Part shown: positions 47,127-57,055 of the stretch, in pieces | How positions within the stretch are numbered: the first letter of the stretch is position 1 | Layout: each line of letters begins with the position of its first letter | Origin: an uncultured Gammaproteobacteria bacterium | GTDB taxonomy: Bacteria > Pseudomonadota > Gammaproteobacteria > Ga0077536 | Assembly: GCA_938075585.1 (NCBI GenBank) | Contig: CALJHG010000006.1 | Span: 1 to 60,256, forward strand | Reading direction: 5' to 3' | DNA length: 60,256 nt | Notes under the pieces: generated by a model | The model's database searches: none | What the model was told of the DNA's origin: nothing | Seen by the model: only the letters and a program-made list of their open reading frames with translations | Translations under genes and position numbers: made by a program

Positions 47127-48305
47127 TTACCCCAACCTAAAGCGTTCGTTGTCGGCAAATCCAGACATGTTCTTTTCGAGCCGATAAGAACATGCCATGA
47201 ACTTAAAACTCTCACCCATCTGGGAGGGTAAAATTAATCGCTTCGCCTCTTGTGCTACTCTGTAAGCATCAACGCTGTCGCCGACACTCAACGTCGCAAT
47301 GTGATCACCTAGCTTGTTACCTATTAAAAACTTTGCCTGAGAGGTAAAGCCATCGACGGCGAATCCTGCGGATAATGCGCATTCAGCTAAGTAAGAAAAA
47401 TTAACCGACGTGGTGATGTCCTGAAGACCTACGGCGAAGAAGGGGTTATCGTTCAAATGATGCTTAAAGTAGCATCGTAAAGTACCGTCACACCTATCTA
47501 GGTGAAAAAAATCCTGATTAACATATCCATAATCTGCGACTAAAAGTATCCCACGTTTCATAAATTTCTTGAATTGCTCGAACCATATACCTTGTGTCTC
47601 AACATGCTCCGTTGTGTAGCCTTCCGGATAGTTCGACATCTGATCACGTATCAATTCTGGTATGACGGAACATTCTATTATCTCCCAGATGAAATTTTCG
47701 CCATCATAAGCCACCCCCAGTTCCTTTATTTCGCCACGCTGAATAGTAAATCGCTTAGCGGGCATAGCGTCAAATACTTCATTTGCTATAGCAACACCAA
47801 AAAAACCTTCACTAGGACAAGTTGTGTACCACTTAATTTTATCAGCCAATCGGGAGTTGATTTTCGACAGCCTAATTTTTTGTCTCTGTGAAAGATGTGG
47901 ACTCGGCTCTATAATGGAATAATTAAAATTGTCCACTGAAATTTTCCCATCGAAATAACGTATAATCGTGTCCGCGAGGGCGCCTGTCCCAGCTCCAAAT
48001 TCCGTAATCGCCACATCATTTTCATCCAAAATTTCGGCGCATTGCTCGGCAATACAAAAGCCAAAAAGATCACCGCTCTCGGGTGCGGTCACAAAGTCAC
48101 CTTTGGCACCAAAAATCTCTTGTCCAGCGACATAATAACCTAGTGAATCGGCATATAGCGCTAGAGACATGAAACGATCAAAAGGAATTACTTGTTGTCT
48201 AGTAGCTCCAATTTCACTCGAAATTAAGTGCGTGAGTTTCCGAGAACGCTCTAGACCTTTTGGCGAGATATCTTGTAAGCTAAAAGTCTGATCTGAATTT
48301 TTCAT
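47127..48305 (-). CDS. SAM-dependent methyltransferase, MidA/NDUFAF7 family
   Basis: GYY, GDFVTAPE, EFGAGTG, ANEVFDAMP, DYG, QDITTSVNF, MGESFK. Confidence 0.9.
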   Translation of the reverse strand: MKNSDQTFSLQDISPKGLERSRKLTHLISSEIGATRQQVIPFDRFMSLALYADSLGYYVAGQEIFGAKGDFVTAPESGDLFGFCIAEQCAEILDENDVAITEFGAGTGALADTIIRYFDGKISVDNFNYSIIEPSPHLSQRQKIRLSKINSRLADKIKWYTTCPSEGFFGVAIANEVFDAMPAKRFTIQRGEIKELGVAYDGENFIWEIIECSVIPELIRDQMSNYPEGYTTEHVETQGIWFEQFKKFMKRGILLVADYGYVNQDFFHLDRCDGTLRCYFKHHLNDNPFFAVGLQDITTSVNFSYLAECALSAGFAVDGFTSQAKFLIGNKLGDHIATLSVGDSVDAYRVAQEAKRLILPSQMGESFKFMACSYRLEKNMSGFADNERFRLG

Positions 48306-48352
48306 CTAATTCCAGCACACATCATGCATAATAATTTTGGGGGAGGAAAAAA

Positions 48353-49099
48353 ATTAATACTAAAATAGTTCAACCTGTGGCGCTAATCACTGGCGCTGCC
48401 AAAAGAGTCGGTGCCGCGATAGCGCAACAACTTCACGCGGACGGGTACCAAATCGCTATACACCATCATACATCGATCGACGAGGCGTATCAGCTCGAAG
48501 AAGATTTAAATAAAAAACGTCCAAACTCAGCCTTTATTATAAAACAAGATCTAGCGGAAAAAAATGCGGCAAATAAACTCATAAAAATGGTAGTCAATAA
48601 GACCGGCCAAATAAATCTGCTAGTCAATAATGCTTCTATCTTTTTGGAAACACCCTTGGAACAAAGTAAAAGCGTCGAGAATTTATGGGATCTTTTACAC
48701 GCCATTAACGCGCGAATACCATATTTTTTGTCATTAGAAGCAATACCTTTTTTGCGTGAATCGCAAGGCTCTATTGTAAATATTACAGATATTCACTCAG
48801 AGAAACCCAGAAAAAACTACTCTGCCTATTGCTCGTCTAAAGCAGCATTAGTAGCTGTATCTAACTCTCTCGCCCTTGATTTAGCGCCCGATATAAGGGT
48901 CAACTGCGTAGCTCCTGGTGCCATTCTTTGGGCTTCGACCGAGAACCGCGCGGTACAAGATGACGCAATAGGATCAACACCGTTAGCTAGAATTGGTAAT
49001 CCGTTCGATATTGCGCAAGCCGTCAGCTATCTAGCAAAAGCAGAATATGTTACTGGCCACGTACTTAATGTTGATGGGGGGCGAACTCTTAATACCTAA
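48353..49099 (+). CDS. folM: pteridine reductase / dihydromonapterin reductase (SDR); start at ATT 48353 or GTG 48377
   Basis: ALITGAAKRVG, LVNNASIF, NITD, YxxSK, VDGGR; located in the folate cluster. Confidence 0.82.
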   Translation: MNTKIVQPVALITGAAKRVGAAIAQQLHADGYQIAIHHHTSIDEAYQLEEDLNKKRPNSAFIIKQDLAEKNAANKLIKMVVNKTGQINLLVNNASIFLETPLEQSKSVENLWDLLHAINARIPYFLSLEAIPFLRESQGSIVNITDIHSEKPRKNYSAYCSSKAALVAVSNSLALDLAPDIRVNCVAPGAILWASTENRAVQDDAIGSTPLARIGNPFDIAQAVSYLAKAEYVTGHVLNVDGGRTLNT

Positions 49100-49109
49100 A
49101 TTAGCACTA

Positions 49110-49637
49110 CTATATCTTTGCCTCAATCGGAATAAAAGCTTCGACAAACCATGTATCCGCCACTTCTGCGAACCACCAAGTCTGCTCATCTATAATCTCA
49201 ACTAGTGCTCCGGTATCTATCTCATAGAAGGAAATTTTTGCCACAACCCGCGCTTCTCTGCCGCCGTCAGAAATAAAGCTACTCAGCACTGTATAGCTAT
49301 GGATACGATATAAAAAGACACTCTCACCCAGTGGAGCCACTTTTCTGCCATCGCGGTGCTTCACCCATCTATAGGCTTCTCGAAAGTATCCATATTTCAA
49401 ATTTTTTACATAACTTGAAACTGTTTTTTCAAATTCAGCTAATTTCTTATCGGTTTTATTTTGGCCCAAAAACTTAAAAGATGGTGAATGTGCCACGAAT
49501 TCTTCCTCGAGCAAGCCCCCGACATAATCCACACTAGTGCAACTTGCTGTCATCAGCGCTATCGCCACTAAAAGATAGTGCTTCTTGCAAAAATATAGAC
49601 AGCAGGTTAGCTGGCGCACCAAATCGCTAAAACACAT
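49110..49637 (-). CDS. hypothetical lipoprotein
   Basis: Hydrophobic stretch ending LMTASC (lipobox-like); downstream of and overlapping folK. Confidence 0.6.
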   Translation of the reverse strand: MCFSDLVRQLTCCLYFCKKHYLLVAIALMTASCTSVDYVGGLLEEEFVAHSPSFKFLGQNKTDKKLAEFEKTVSSYVKNLKYGYFREAYRWVKHRDGRKVAPLGESVFLYRIHSYTVLSSFISDGGREARVVAKISFYEIDTGALVEIIDEQTWWFAEVADTWFVEAFIPIEAKI

Positions 49638-50136
49638 CTGAAATTTCCTGCAATCGAGGTGATAATTTCTTTATTTTTTTTAATGTCATCGACAGGTCGA
49701 TCTGAGCATCAGGATGGATCCAAGAAGGGTACAGGTTAGCCAGCGGCCCAATGAAATAACTCGTTCTTAAGATGAAACTATAATCCAAACAGTATTCGAC
49801 TTTCGAATCTAACGAACTGTCCGCCAATAAAAAAACCAAATCTAAATCGATAGGGATCTCGTGCGATAGAGAACCTGATTGATGCCGGCCACAACACCTT
49901 TCGATATGTTTTAGCTTCGCTATTAAGTTTGAGTAAGATAGGAAACAGTGGAAACTAACCGCAAAATTCCAATACTTTAGCTCTTTACCGCCAGATAGAT
50001 CATGACTTTCATATAGAACTGATCGACTAATACAAGTAAATTCCCGATTCAACTTCTGCATGCAGGCCTTAATGTTTTCAGCATGCGAGACATTTGTCCC
50101 AATTAAAATACATGCTTTTTTCTCGGAATTATTCAG
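49627..50136 (-). CDS. folK: 2-amino-4-hydroxy-6-hydroxymethyldihydropteridine diphosphokinase, divergent; probable CTG start
   Basis: Frame extends upstream of ATG 50061 with ACILIGTN (family xIGSN strand); also SVLYES, YWN, IERCCGR, IDLDL; follows folB. Confidence 0.75.
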   Translation of the reverse strand: MNNSEKKACILIGTNVSHAENIKACMQKLNREFTCISRSVLYESHDLSGGKELKYWNFAVSFHCFLSYSNLIAKLKHIERCCGRHQSGSLSHEIPIDLDLVFLLADSSLDSKVEYCLDYSFILRTSYFIGPLANLYPSWIHPDAQIDLSMTLKKIKKLSPRLQEISDVF

Positions 50137-50489
50137 AATTTTTCGCCACGCTCAATTACTATACCGACCTCAAAGACCTCTGATAAAACACCGCGTTTTC
50201 CGATAGTCAACTTCACCCACCTCACACTAAACTCACTTAATATGATCTCGGAAATCTTCTCGGCGAGACTTTCCACCAGCTGAAATTCGGTAGACTTAGC
50301 ATATTCAATCACGCGATCGCTGACCGCTTTGTAATCAACTGTGTCAGAAAGGTCATCAGATTTAGCAGCGTCGGTAATATCCGCACCTAGCTCTAAGTTC
50401 AGGATCAAGTTTTGCCTTATATGACGCTCCCATTCCCATACCCCAATGAGAACATCCACTTGTAAGTCACGAAGATATATTATGTCCAT
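50133..50489 (-). CDS. folB: dihydroneopterin aldolase
   Basis: MDIIY, IGVWEWER, TVDY, LVESLAE, GIVIERG. Confidence 0.95.
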   Translation of the reverse strand: MDIIYLRDLQVDVLIGVWEWERHIRQNLILNLELGADITDAAKSDDLSDTVDYKAVSDRVIEYAKSTEFQLVESLAEKISEIILSEFSVRWVKLTIGKRGVLSEVFEVGIVIERGEKF

Positions 50490-50577
50490 AAGTCTCTTGA
50501 AGTTCGCAAAAGTAAGATAGTATCAAACTTCAAAGTCTCTTGGGTGCAATTGTTTAAATTAGGTTAATATTTGCATT

Positions 50578-51177
50578 ATGATAATAATCCTTTCAGTCAA
50601 CATTTTCGCCTACCTACTGGGTTCAATTTCAAGCGCCATTGTCGTAAGCAAATTATTCAAAGTCGCTGATCCAAGGGAAATAGGGTCTGGCAATCCCGGA
50701 ACTACCAATATTCTGCGTTATGCTGGGAAAACAGCCGCTGCTCTGACCCTAATTGGCGATGTCTCAAAAGGAATAATCCCGATAGCTATAGGACATAAGC
50801 TAGGTTTTACGGCGGAGATACTTTCTGTAATTGGACTGTGCTCGCTTATAGGGCACATTTACCCGGTTTTCTATCATTACAAGGGCGGTAAAGGGATCGC
50901 TACGTTTATTGGTATTTTAGTCGCCTTGAATTGGTTGCTGGCATGTTGCTTTGTCCTTACATGGTTAGCAACTGCATTGTTTACCCGCTATTCCTCATTA
51001 TCTGCACTCCTAGCAATAACGGTAACGCCTATGGCCGCCTATATCATAGAAGTTCCTACTACAATGCTGATTGTGCTGACTTGCTGCTCAATAATTATAT
51101 GTGTCCATCACAAAAAAAATATATTAAATCTGGTGAAGGGTGATGAGAAAAAAATAGGCCAGAAGGCCGATCTATAA
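50578..51177 (+). CDS. plsY: glycerol-3-phosphate acyltransferase PlsY
   Basis: YLLGSI, GSGNPGTTNILR, GHIYP, GGKGIAT, HKKNI. Confidence 0.96.
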   Translation: MIIILSVNIFAYLLGSISSAIVVSKLFKVADPREIGSGNPGTTNILRYAGKTAAALTLIGDVSKGIIPIAIGHKLGFTAEILSVIGLCSLIGHIYPVFYHYKGGKGIATFIGILVALNWLLACCFVLTWLATALFTRYSSLSALLAITVTPMAAYIIEVPTTMLIVLTCCSIIICVHHKKNILNLVKGDEKKIGQKADL

Positions 51178-51187
51178 GCTGCCCTAA

Positions 51188-52210
51188 TCATGGCATGGGA
51201 GGACTCATCTCTGATAGTGGCCATCGAGCTTTAACCTGATCCTCGAGAGTGTCTGATTCCCCCGCTACCATCCGGCAATAACCAGCAAAAGCGATCATAG
51301 CTCCATTATCTGTCGTGAACTGCATGGAAGGAAAAAAAACTTCACTTGCCAGATCTTGGCATACACTCTCTAAGCGTCGTTTAATTGCCTTATTCGCACT
51401 CACGCCTCCAGCAACCACTAATTTACGCACCCCTGTTTGCTCTATTGCACGCCGACATTTTACGGAAAGGACATCAACTACAGAATCACTAAAAGCACGA
51501 CATATGTCAGCACGATTTAATTCTATATCTCGAAGATTAGTGATAGTAGTCATTACATGGGTTTTAAGACCACTAAAACTGAAGTCTAAGCCGGGCCGAT
51601 TAATCATCGGCCTAGGAAATGTAAATGCTGATGAGTCGCCCTCTTTCGCTAAAGCCTCAACAATAGGGCCTCCTGGGTAACCTAACCCAAGCATTTTCGA
51701 AACTTTATCAAAGGCCTCTCCCACCGCATCATCGAGAGACTCTCCTAAAATCTCATACTCACCCAGGCTGCGCGCATGTACTAATAGTGTGTGCCCGCCA
51801 GATACTAGTAGAGCTAAAAATGGCATTTCTAGACCTTCTCTACCATCTAGCATTGAAGCCAACAGGTGTCCTTCCATGTGATTGATCGCGAGAGACGGAA
51901 CATCTAACGCCCACGCTAGCGACCGCGCAAAGCCCGCACCAACCAAAAGCGCTCCAGCCAACCCCGGACCAGCCGTATAGGCAATACCGTCCAAAGCCTT
52001 TACATCTAAATCCGCTTTCTCTAAAGCATCCTCCATGAGTGAACCTACTTTGCGAATATGGTCCCTAGATGCTAACTCAGGAACCACTCCGCCGTACTTG
52101 GCATGAGTCTTCACCTGACTAAATAAAATATCAGCTAAAAGGCCGCGTTCGCTATCATAAATAGCCACCCCTGTCTCGTCACAGGAAGTTTCAATACCCA
52201 AAATTTTCAT
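51188..52210 (-). CDS. tsaD: tRNA t6A threonylcarbamoyltransferase TsaD
   Basis: [41 protein letters not shown]. Confidence 0.98.
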   Translation of the reverse strand: MKILGIETSCDETGVAIYDSERGLLADILFSQVKTHAKYGGVVPELASRDHIRKVGSLMEDALEKADLDVKALDGIAYTAGPGLAGALLVGAGFARSLAWALDVPSLAINHMEGHLLASMLDGREGLEMPFLALLVSGGHTLLVHARSLGEYEILGESLDDAVGEAFDKVSKMLGLGYPGGPIVEALAKEGDSSAFTFPRPMINRPGLDFSFSGLKTHVMTTITNLRDIELNRADICRAFSDSVVDVLSVKCRRAIEQTGVRKLVVAGGVSANKAIKRRLESVCQDLASEVFFPSMQFTTDNGAMIAFAGYCRMVAGESDTLEDQVKARWPLSEMSPPMP

Positions 52211-52316
52211 TATATTTAGCACCCAAAGTATCTAAAAGCGTGACTTACGAACGAATTATAGTTATATTTCGCCAGCTTTAGTAAAAATAATCAACGCAGT
52301 AGGAAACATAAAAAGC

Positions 52317-52532
52317 ATGCCAAACATCCGTGTGAGAGAAAATGAGCCGTTCGATATCGCGATGAGACGCTTTAAGCGCGCGTGCGAGAAAGAAGGTGTT
52401 CTCGCCGAAGTCCACAGAAGAGAGTTCTATGAAAAACCAACTCAGGTGAGAAAACGTAAAGCCGCCGCCGCAGTCAAGCGCTGGCAAAAAAAAGCATCCC
52501 GCCAAATAATTCACCGCAAACGTATGTACTAG
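52317..52532 (+). CDS. rpsU: 30S ribosomal protein S21
   Basis: [19 protein letters not shown]...EFYEKPT. Confidence 0.98.
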   Translation: MPNIRVRENEPFDIAMRRFKRACEKEGVLAEVHRREFYEKPTQVRKRKAAAAVKRWQKKASRQIIHRKRMY

Positions 52533-52584
52533 CAGATCTTCTGCGTGTGAAAAAGTCCTCGAACGAGGTCGGACTTAGTCAAAA

Positions 52585-53031
52585 GTGATAAAAGACAAAT
52601 TACTGGAAGATATAAAAACCGCGATGCGAGCCGGAGAAAAAAGTTCGTTAGCGGCACTTCGACTTGCCTCGGCCGCATTCAAACAATATGAGGTAGATAA
52701 TCGTACTGAAGTTTCTGATGAAACGGCAAATCAAATATTGACGAAAATGGTGAAACAACGACGGGAGTCTATCACGCAGTACGAGGCGGGAAATAGGCAG
52801 GATCTTGTTGATCAAGAGCAATTTGAGATCAACCTGCTAATGACATATCTGCCGAAGCAATTATCTACCGAAGAAATTAAGGTCCGAGTGATATCAGTGA
52901 TCAAAGATTGTGATGCATCGAGCATGCGCGATATGGGCAAAGTAATGGGCGCGCTTAATACCGAACTGCAGGGTAAAGCGGATATGAGTACAGTAAGTAG
53001 CTTAGTTAAGACCCTACTTTCTTCGAGCTAG
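52585..53031 (+). CDS. GatB/YqeY domain protein
   Basis: KQRRESI.QY..G.R.DL, YLPKQLS, DMGKVMG. Confidence 0.92.
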   Translation: MIKDKLLEDIKTAMRAGEKSSLAALRLASAAFKQYEVDNRTEVSDETANQILTKMVKQRRESITQYEAGNRQDLVDQEQFEINLLMTYLPKQLSTEEIKVRVISVIKDCDASSMRDMGKVMGALNTELQGKADMSTVSSLVKTLLSSS

Positions 53032-53075
53032 TAAGTTTGTCTTTCCGATTGTCACTATGCTGTCTACAATGAGCT

Positions 53076-54797
53076 ATGGCAGGACGTATACCCGAACAAT
53101 TTATTGATGATTTAGTCACCAGAATAGACATTGTAGAGTTGATAGAGAATTACCTACCTCTACGAAAGGCAGGCAAGGAATTTCAGGCACTATGCCCTTT
53201 TCACGGTGAAAAAACTCCGAGCTTTACAGTAAGCCGAGAAAAACAATTTTATCACTGCTTCGGCTGTGGCGTTCATGGAACCGCAATAGGGTTTTTGATG
53301 GCTTATCGAAATCTTGAATTCCTTGAAGCTGTCGAAGAACTTGCCGATCTAGCTGGCGTGCAGATCCCAAGAGATACAACTGATAAAAACTTAGTGGACT
53401 CCAAAGAAGTTTTTGAGGTCCTCGGAGAGGCTGAAACATTTTATAAATCGCAATTACGAACGGCCGCTTCCAAAGAGAAAGCTATAAACTATCTCAAAAA
53501 TAGAGGTATCTCGGGAGAGACTGCTAAAGTCTTTGGGATCGGCTATGCCCCAGAAGGTTGGCGGAATCTAATAGATAATCTTGCTAAAAACGGTATAACA
53601 GAAGAAAAACTCGCCAGGGGCGGCCTAGCTATTAAAAAGCAGACATCTGGCTACTATGATCGCTTTAGAGACCGAATCATATTCCCGATACAAGATAAAA
53701 GAGGGCGAGTTTTAGGCTTCGGTGGTCGGGTTCTAGATAAAAGCGAACCAAAGTATTTAAATTCTCCAGAAACTGAAGTGTTCCATAAAGGTACCGAGCT
53801 CTACGGACTAAAACAAGCAGTTGCCTCTGGTCAATTAGAAAGTCTCATAGTAGTGGAAGGCTATATGGACGTGATCTCTTTGTATCAATTTGGAATTAGG
53901 AATTCTGTGGCAACTTTGGGAACCGCTGTCACGGCCACACACTTAGACAAACTATTTCGGCATGTGTCAAAAGTAGTTTTCTGCTTTGATGGTGATAAGG
54001 CAGGGAAGCGGGCCGCGTGGAAAGGGCTAGAACTATCGCTTCCCAAAATACAAGGGAATCGACAAGTCGAATTTTGCTTTTTACCCGAAGGTCACGACCC
54101 CGACAGCGCGGTCAGAGAATTTGGAAGCGATCGCTTTTTCGCCGCGTCCAAAGTTTATAGCCTTATTGATTACCTCCTAGACTCTTTAAGGCAAAAATTG
54201 GACTTAAGCTCGGGTGAAGGAAAAGCCAATTTACTGGCGACTATCAAGCCCTTTATGGAAAAACTATCCGATACTACTCTGAAGGCTGTCGCGGCGCGTA
54301 AAATTTCAGACGCTACAAAATTCGACGAAAATTTAGTGCGACAGGAAATTGGGCTTATCCCGCGTGTCAATCAACGCAAATATATTAACGCAATTAAGAA
54401 CTATACCAGTCGTTCTCTTCAGGAACAGGCTATCGGTTTAATTCTAGCTTCACCTTCGTTAGCTAACCAAATATCTGAAGCAGAAATGGATTTCATCCGT
54501 GATAACTTATCCGACTGCAACATATTATTTGAAGTATGGGAAAAATGTACGAGTGAAGATCTGACCACAGGAAGTCTCATTGAACGATTTCGCGGTACCG
54601 CTACGGAGCAGATTCTATTAGAAATAGCTACCGTCAGTAACCATCTTGAAGAAGGACAATCAGCTGTAGAGCTAAAAGAAGTCTTTAAGAAACTGCATTC
54701 GAAAGGTGTCGAACAACAAATTTTATCAATTAAGAACCTGTCTTTAGCTGACCTTACAGAAGAGCAAAAGCAACTTCTGCGCGGCTATAAAAAATAA
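53076..54797 (+). CDS. dnaG: DNA primase
   Basis: CPFHGEKTPSF..CFGC zinc finger, KYLNSPET, VEGYMDV, FDGD.AG, DPD. Confidence 0.98.
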   Translation: MAGRIPEQFIDDLVTRIDIVELIENYLPLRKAGKEFQALCPFHGEKTPSFTVSREKQFYHCFGCGVHGTAIGFLMAYRNLEFLEAVEELADLAGVQIPRDTTDKNLVDSKEVFEVLGEAETFYKSQLRTAASKEKAINYLKNRGISGETAKVFGIGYAPEGWRNLIDNLAKNGITEEKLARGGLAIKKQTSGYYDRFRDRIIFPIQDKRGRVLGFGGRVLDKSEPKYLNSPETEVFHKGTELYGLKQAVASGQLESLIVVEGYMDVISLYQFGIRNSVATLGTAVTATHLDKLFRHVSKVVFCFDGDKAGKRAAWKGLELSLPKIQGNRQVEFCFLPEGHDPDSAVREFGSDRFFAASKVYSLIDYLLDSLRQKLDLSSGEGKANLLATIKPFMEKLSDTTLKAVAARKISDATKFDENLVRQEIGLIPRVNQRKYINAIKNYTSRSLQEQAIGLILASPSLANQISEAEMDFIRDNLSDCNILFEVWEKCTSEDLTTGSLIERFRGTATEQILLEIATVSNHLEEGQSAVELKEVFKKLHSKGVEQQILSIKNLSLADLTEEQKQLLRGYKK

Positions 54798-54982
54798 AAC
54801 ACGAACAAATTTAGATCTTTAACTGTGGGGACTAGTCGCGCTCTAATTTGCGCGATATAATAAAGGATCAGGTACAGTAGATTGTTAAGTGGTTAGTTTT
54901 GAACCTAAAATCTACGACAAGGCCTAACAGTAAGTCTTTCCTTAAACATATATTTTTTCATTTGAGAGACGCAAGAAAGCAT

Positions 54983-56806
54983 ATGGAATTACAAGAAAAA
55001 GCCAGTCCCCAGTCGCAATTAAAAACGCTTATAGCCAAAGGGAAGGAGCAGGGGTTCCTGACCTATCACGAGGTCAATGACCATTTACCTAGTGACATAG
55101 TTGATCCTGAGCAAATCGAAGACATAGTCAATATGATAAATGATATGGGTATTACTGTGCATGAAGTAGCACCCGACGCAGATGAGCTACTACTAAATGG
55201 CGGTACTACAGTAGACGAGGAAGCAGCAGAAGAAGCGGCTGCGGCGCTCGCATCAGTCGATAATGAATTCGGCCGAACAACTGATCCGGTGCGGATGTAC
55301 ATGCGAGAAATGGGCACAGTCGATCTACTCACCAGAGAAGGTGAAATAAAAATTGCCAAACGTATTGAAAATGGTCTAAAGCAGGCGCTATTTGCGCTGG
55401 CTGATTTTCCGGAGGTGAACGAAGTCTTCCTCGGGTACTACGAACAATATAAAATTGAAGAATGCAAAATAACCGACATAATGTCTGGTTTCATGGACTA
55501 TGACGCGGAAATTCAATCTCTTAACAAGCCCACTGAGACCGGCGAAACAGAAGAGAAAAATGATGGCGATGATGATGATGATGAAGGTAAAGCAACGCTA
55601 GACTTAGAAGATGTTGCAAATCGATTTTCTGCTTACGCGAAGTTATGCAAAAAAGCCGTGAAATCATCGAAAAATAAGGGACGAGAGCATGCCACTAGTG
55701 TAGCGTTACGAGAAGAAATGCAAGAAAAATTCGTAGAATTTAAATTAAATCCAAAACTTTTCGAGGTCTTGGCAGAAATCGTGGCGGGCGTGATTAAAGA
55801 TGTTCGAAAGGCCAAACAATCAATTTTTGATATTTGTGTAAAGCAAGCCAAAATGTCCCGAAAGGATTTCCTGACTAGTTTTAAAGACAATGAAACTAAT
55901 CTTAAATGGGTGGATGGTGTTAGTAAGCAGAAAAAACCTTTCGCTCCTATTATAAAAAAGAATAAATCTATAATTATTGATTACCAAAAAATCTTGGCCG
56001 AGTTAGAGGAGGAAAACGCCCTAACTGTAGCAGAGATGGAAGCTTTAAATCGTCAGATGTCCACTGGAGAAGCTAAAGCCCGCCGCGCAAAAAAAGAAAT
56101 GGTAGAGGCTAATCTTAGATTAGTCATCTCAATTGCCAAAAAATATACTAATAGAGGCTTGCTGTTCTTAGACCTCATTCAAGAGGGTAATATCGGGTTA
56201 ATGAAAGCAGTAGATAAATTTGAATATCGCCGTGGCTATAAATTTTCGACCTACGCAACTTGGTGGATCCGGCAAGCAATCACTCGTTCAATTGCGGATC
56301 AGGCTCGTACTATTCGAATACCGGTCCATATGATAGAAACTATCAATAAACTGAATAGAATTTCGCGACAAATATTGCAGGAACAAGGTAGGGAGCCTAC
56401 CCCTGAAGAGTTAGCCGAGAGGATGGAGATGCCGGAAGACAAAGTGCGCAAAGTGCTTAAAATTGCTAAAGAACCGATATCGATGGAAACCCCAATCGGG
56501 GACGACGAAGACTCGCACTTAGGTGACTTCATTGAAGACCAAAATATGGATGCGCCGGTCGATTCCGCTACCTTTCAAGGATTATGCAGAAACACAAGAG
56601 AGGTCCTAGAGGGTCTTACTCCGCGAGAAGCTAAAGTTTTGAGAATGCGGTTTGGTATAGATATGAATACCGACCATACGCTAGAAGAGGTCGGGAAACA
56701 GTTCGATGTTACGAGAGAGCGGATTAGACAAATCGAGGCTAAAGCACTTCGTAAGCTGAGACACCCTTCCCGCTCGGAGAGACTTCGGACATTCTTAGAT
56801 CAGTAA
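54983..56806 (+). CDS. rpoD: RNA polymerase sigma factor RpoD (sigma70)
   Basis: [54 protein letters not shown] 54983 chosen as start. Confidence 0.98.
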   Translation: MELQEKASPQSQLKTLIAKGKEQGFLTYHEVNDHLPSDIVDPEQIEDIVNMINDMGITVHEVAPDADELLLNGGTTVDEEAAEEAAAALASVDNEFGRTTDPVRMYMREMGTVDLLTREGEIKIAKRIENGLKQALFALADFPEVNEVFLGYYEQYKIEECKITDIMSGFMDYDAEIQSLNKPTETGETEEKNDGDDDDDEGKATLDLEDVANRFSAYAKLCKKAVKSSKNKGREHATSVALREEMQEKFVEFKLNPKLFEVLAEIVAGVIKDVRKAKQSIFDICVKQAKMSRKDFLTSFKDNETNLKWVDGVSKQKKPFAPIIKKNKSIIIDYQKILAELEEENALTVAEMEALNRQMSTGEAKARRAKKEMVEANLRLVISIAKKYTNRGLLFLDLIQEGNIGLMKAVDKFEYRRGYKFSTYATWWIRQAITRSIADQARTIRIPVHMIETINKLNRISRQILQEQGREPTPEELAERMEMPEDKVRKVLKIAKEPISMETPIGDDEDSHLGDFIEDQNMDAPVDSATFQGLCRNTREVLEGLTPREAKVLRMRFGIDMNTDHTLEEVGKQFDVTRERIRQIEAKALRKLRHPSRSERLRTFLDQ

Positions 56807-56826
56807 GTTAAAAGATAATTTCATTA

Positions 56827-56903
<77 letters not shown>

Positions 56904-56913
56904 TCTTTCTTCC

Positions 56914-56926
56914 AATCAATAACTTA
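56914..56926 (+). promoter_or_regulatory. IHF binding site in the attL region
   Basis: AATCAATAACTTA matches WATCAANNNNTTR. Confidence 0.7.
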
Positions 56927-56968
56927 GAAGCTCTACCAACGGGTTTCGTCCACTGCGTTAGGCCGAAA

Positions 56969-57010
56969 TGAGCCACATGCCCTCACTTCTGACCTACATA
57001 TGGCCTACAT
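56969..57010 (+). repeat. putative integrase arm-type direct repeats
   Basis: TGAGCCACAT (56969), TGACCTACAT (56990), TGGCCTACAT (57001). Confidence 0.6.
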
Positions 57011-57055
57011 TTTTTCACCACGTATCGCGTTACTTAATCTTATGAGGAACGCGAG

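Noticed and set aside
54899-54982. Long N-terminal extensions of RpoD (and of MnmG, AtpI, ThiE) in the ORF track
   Set aside because: These are artefacts of longest-ORF calling; family homology begins at downstream start codons.
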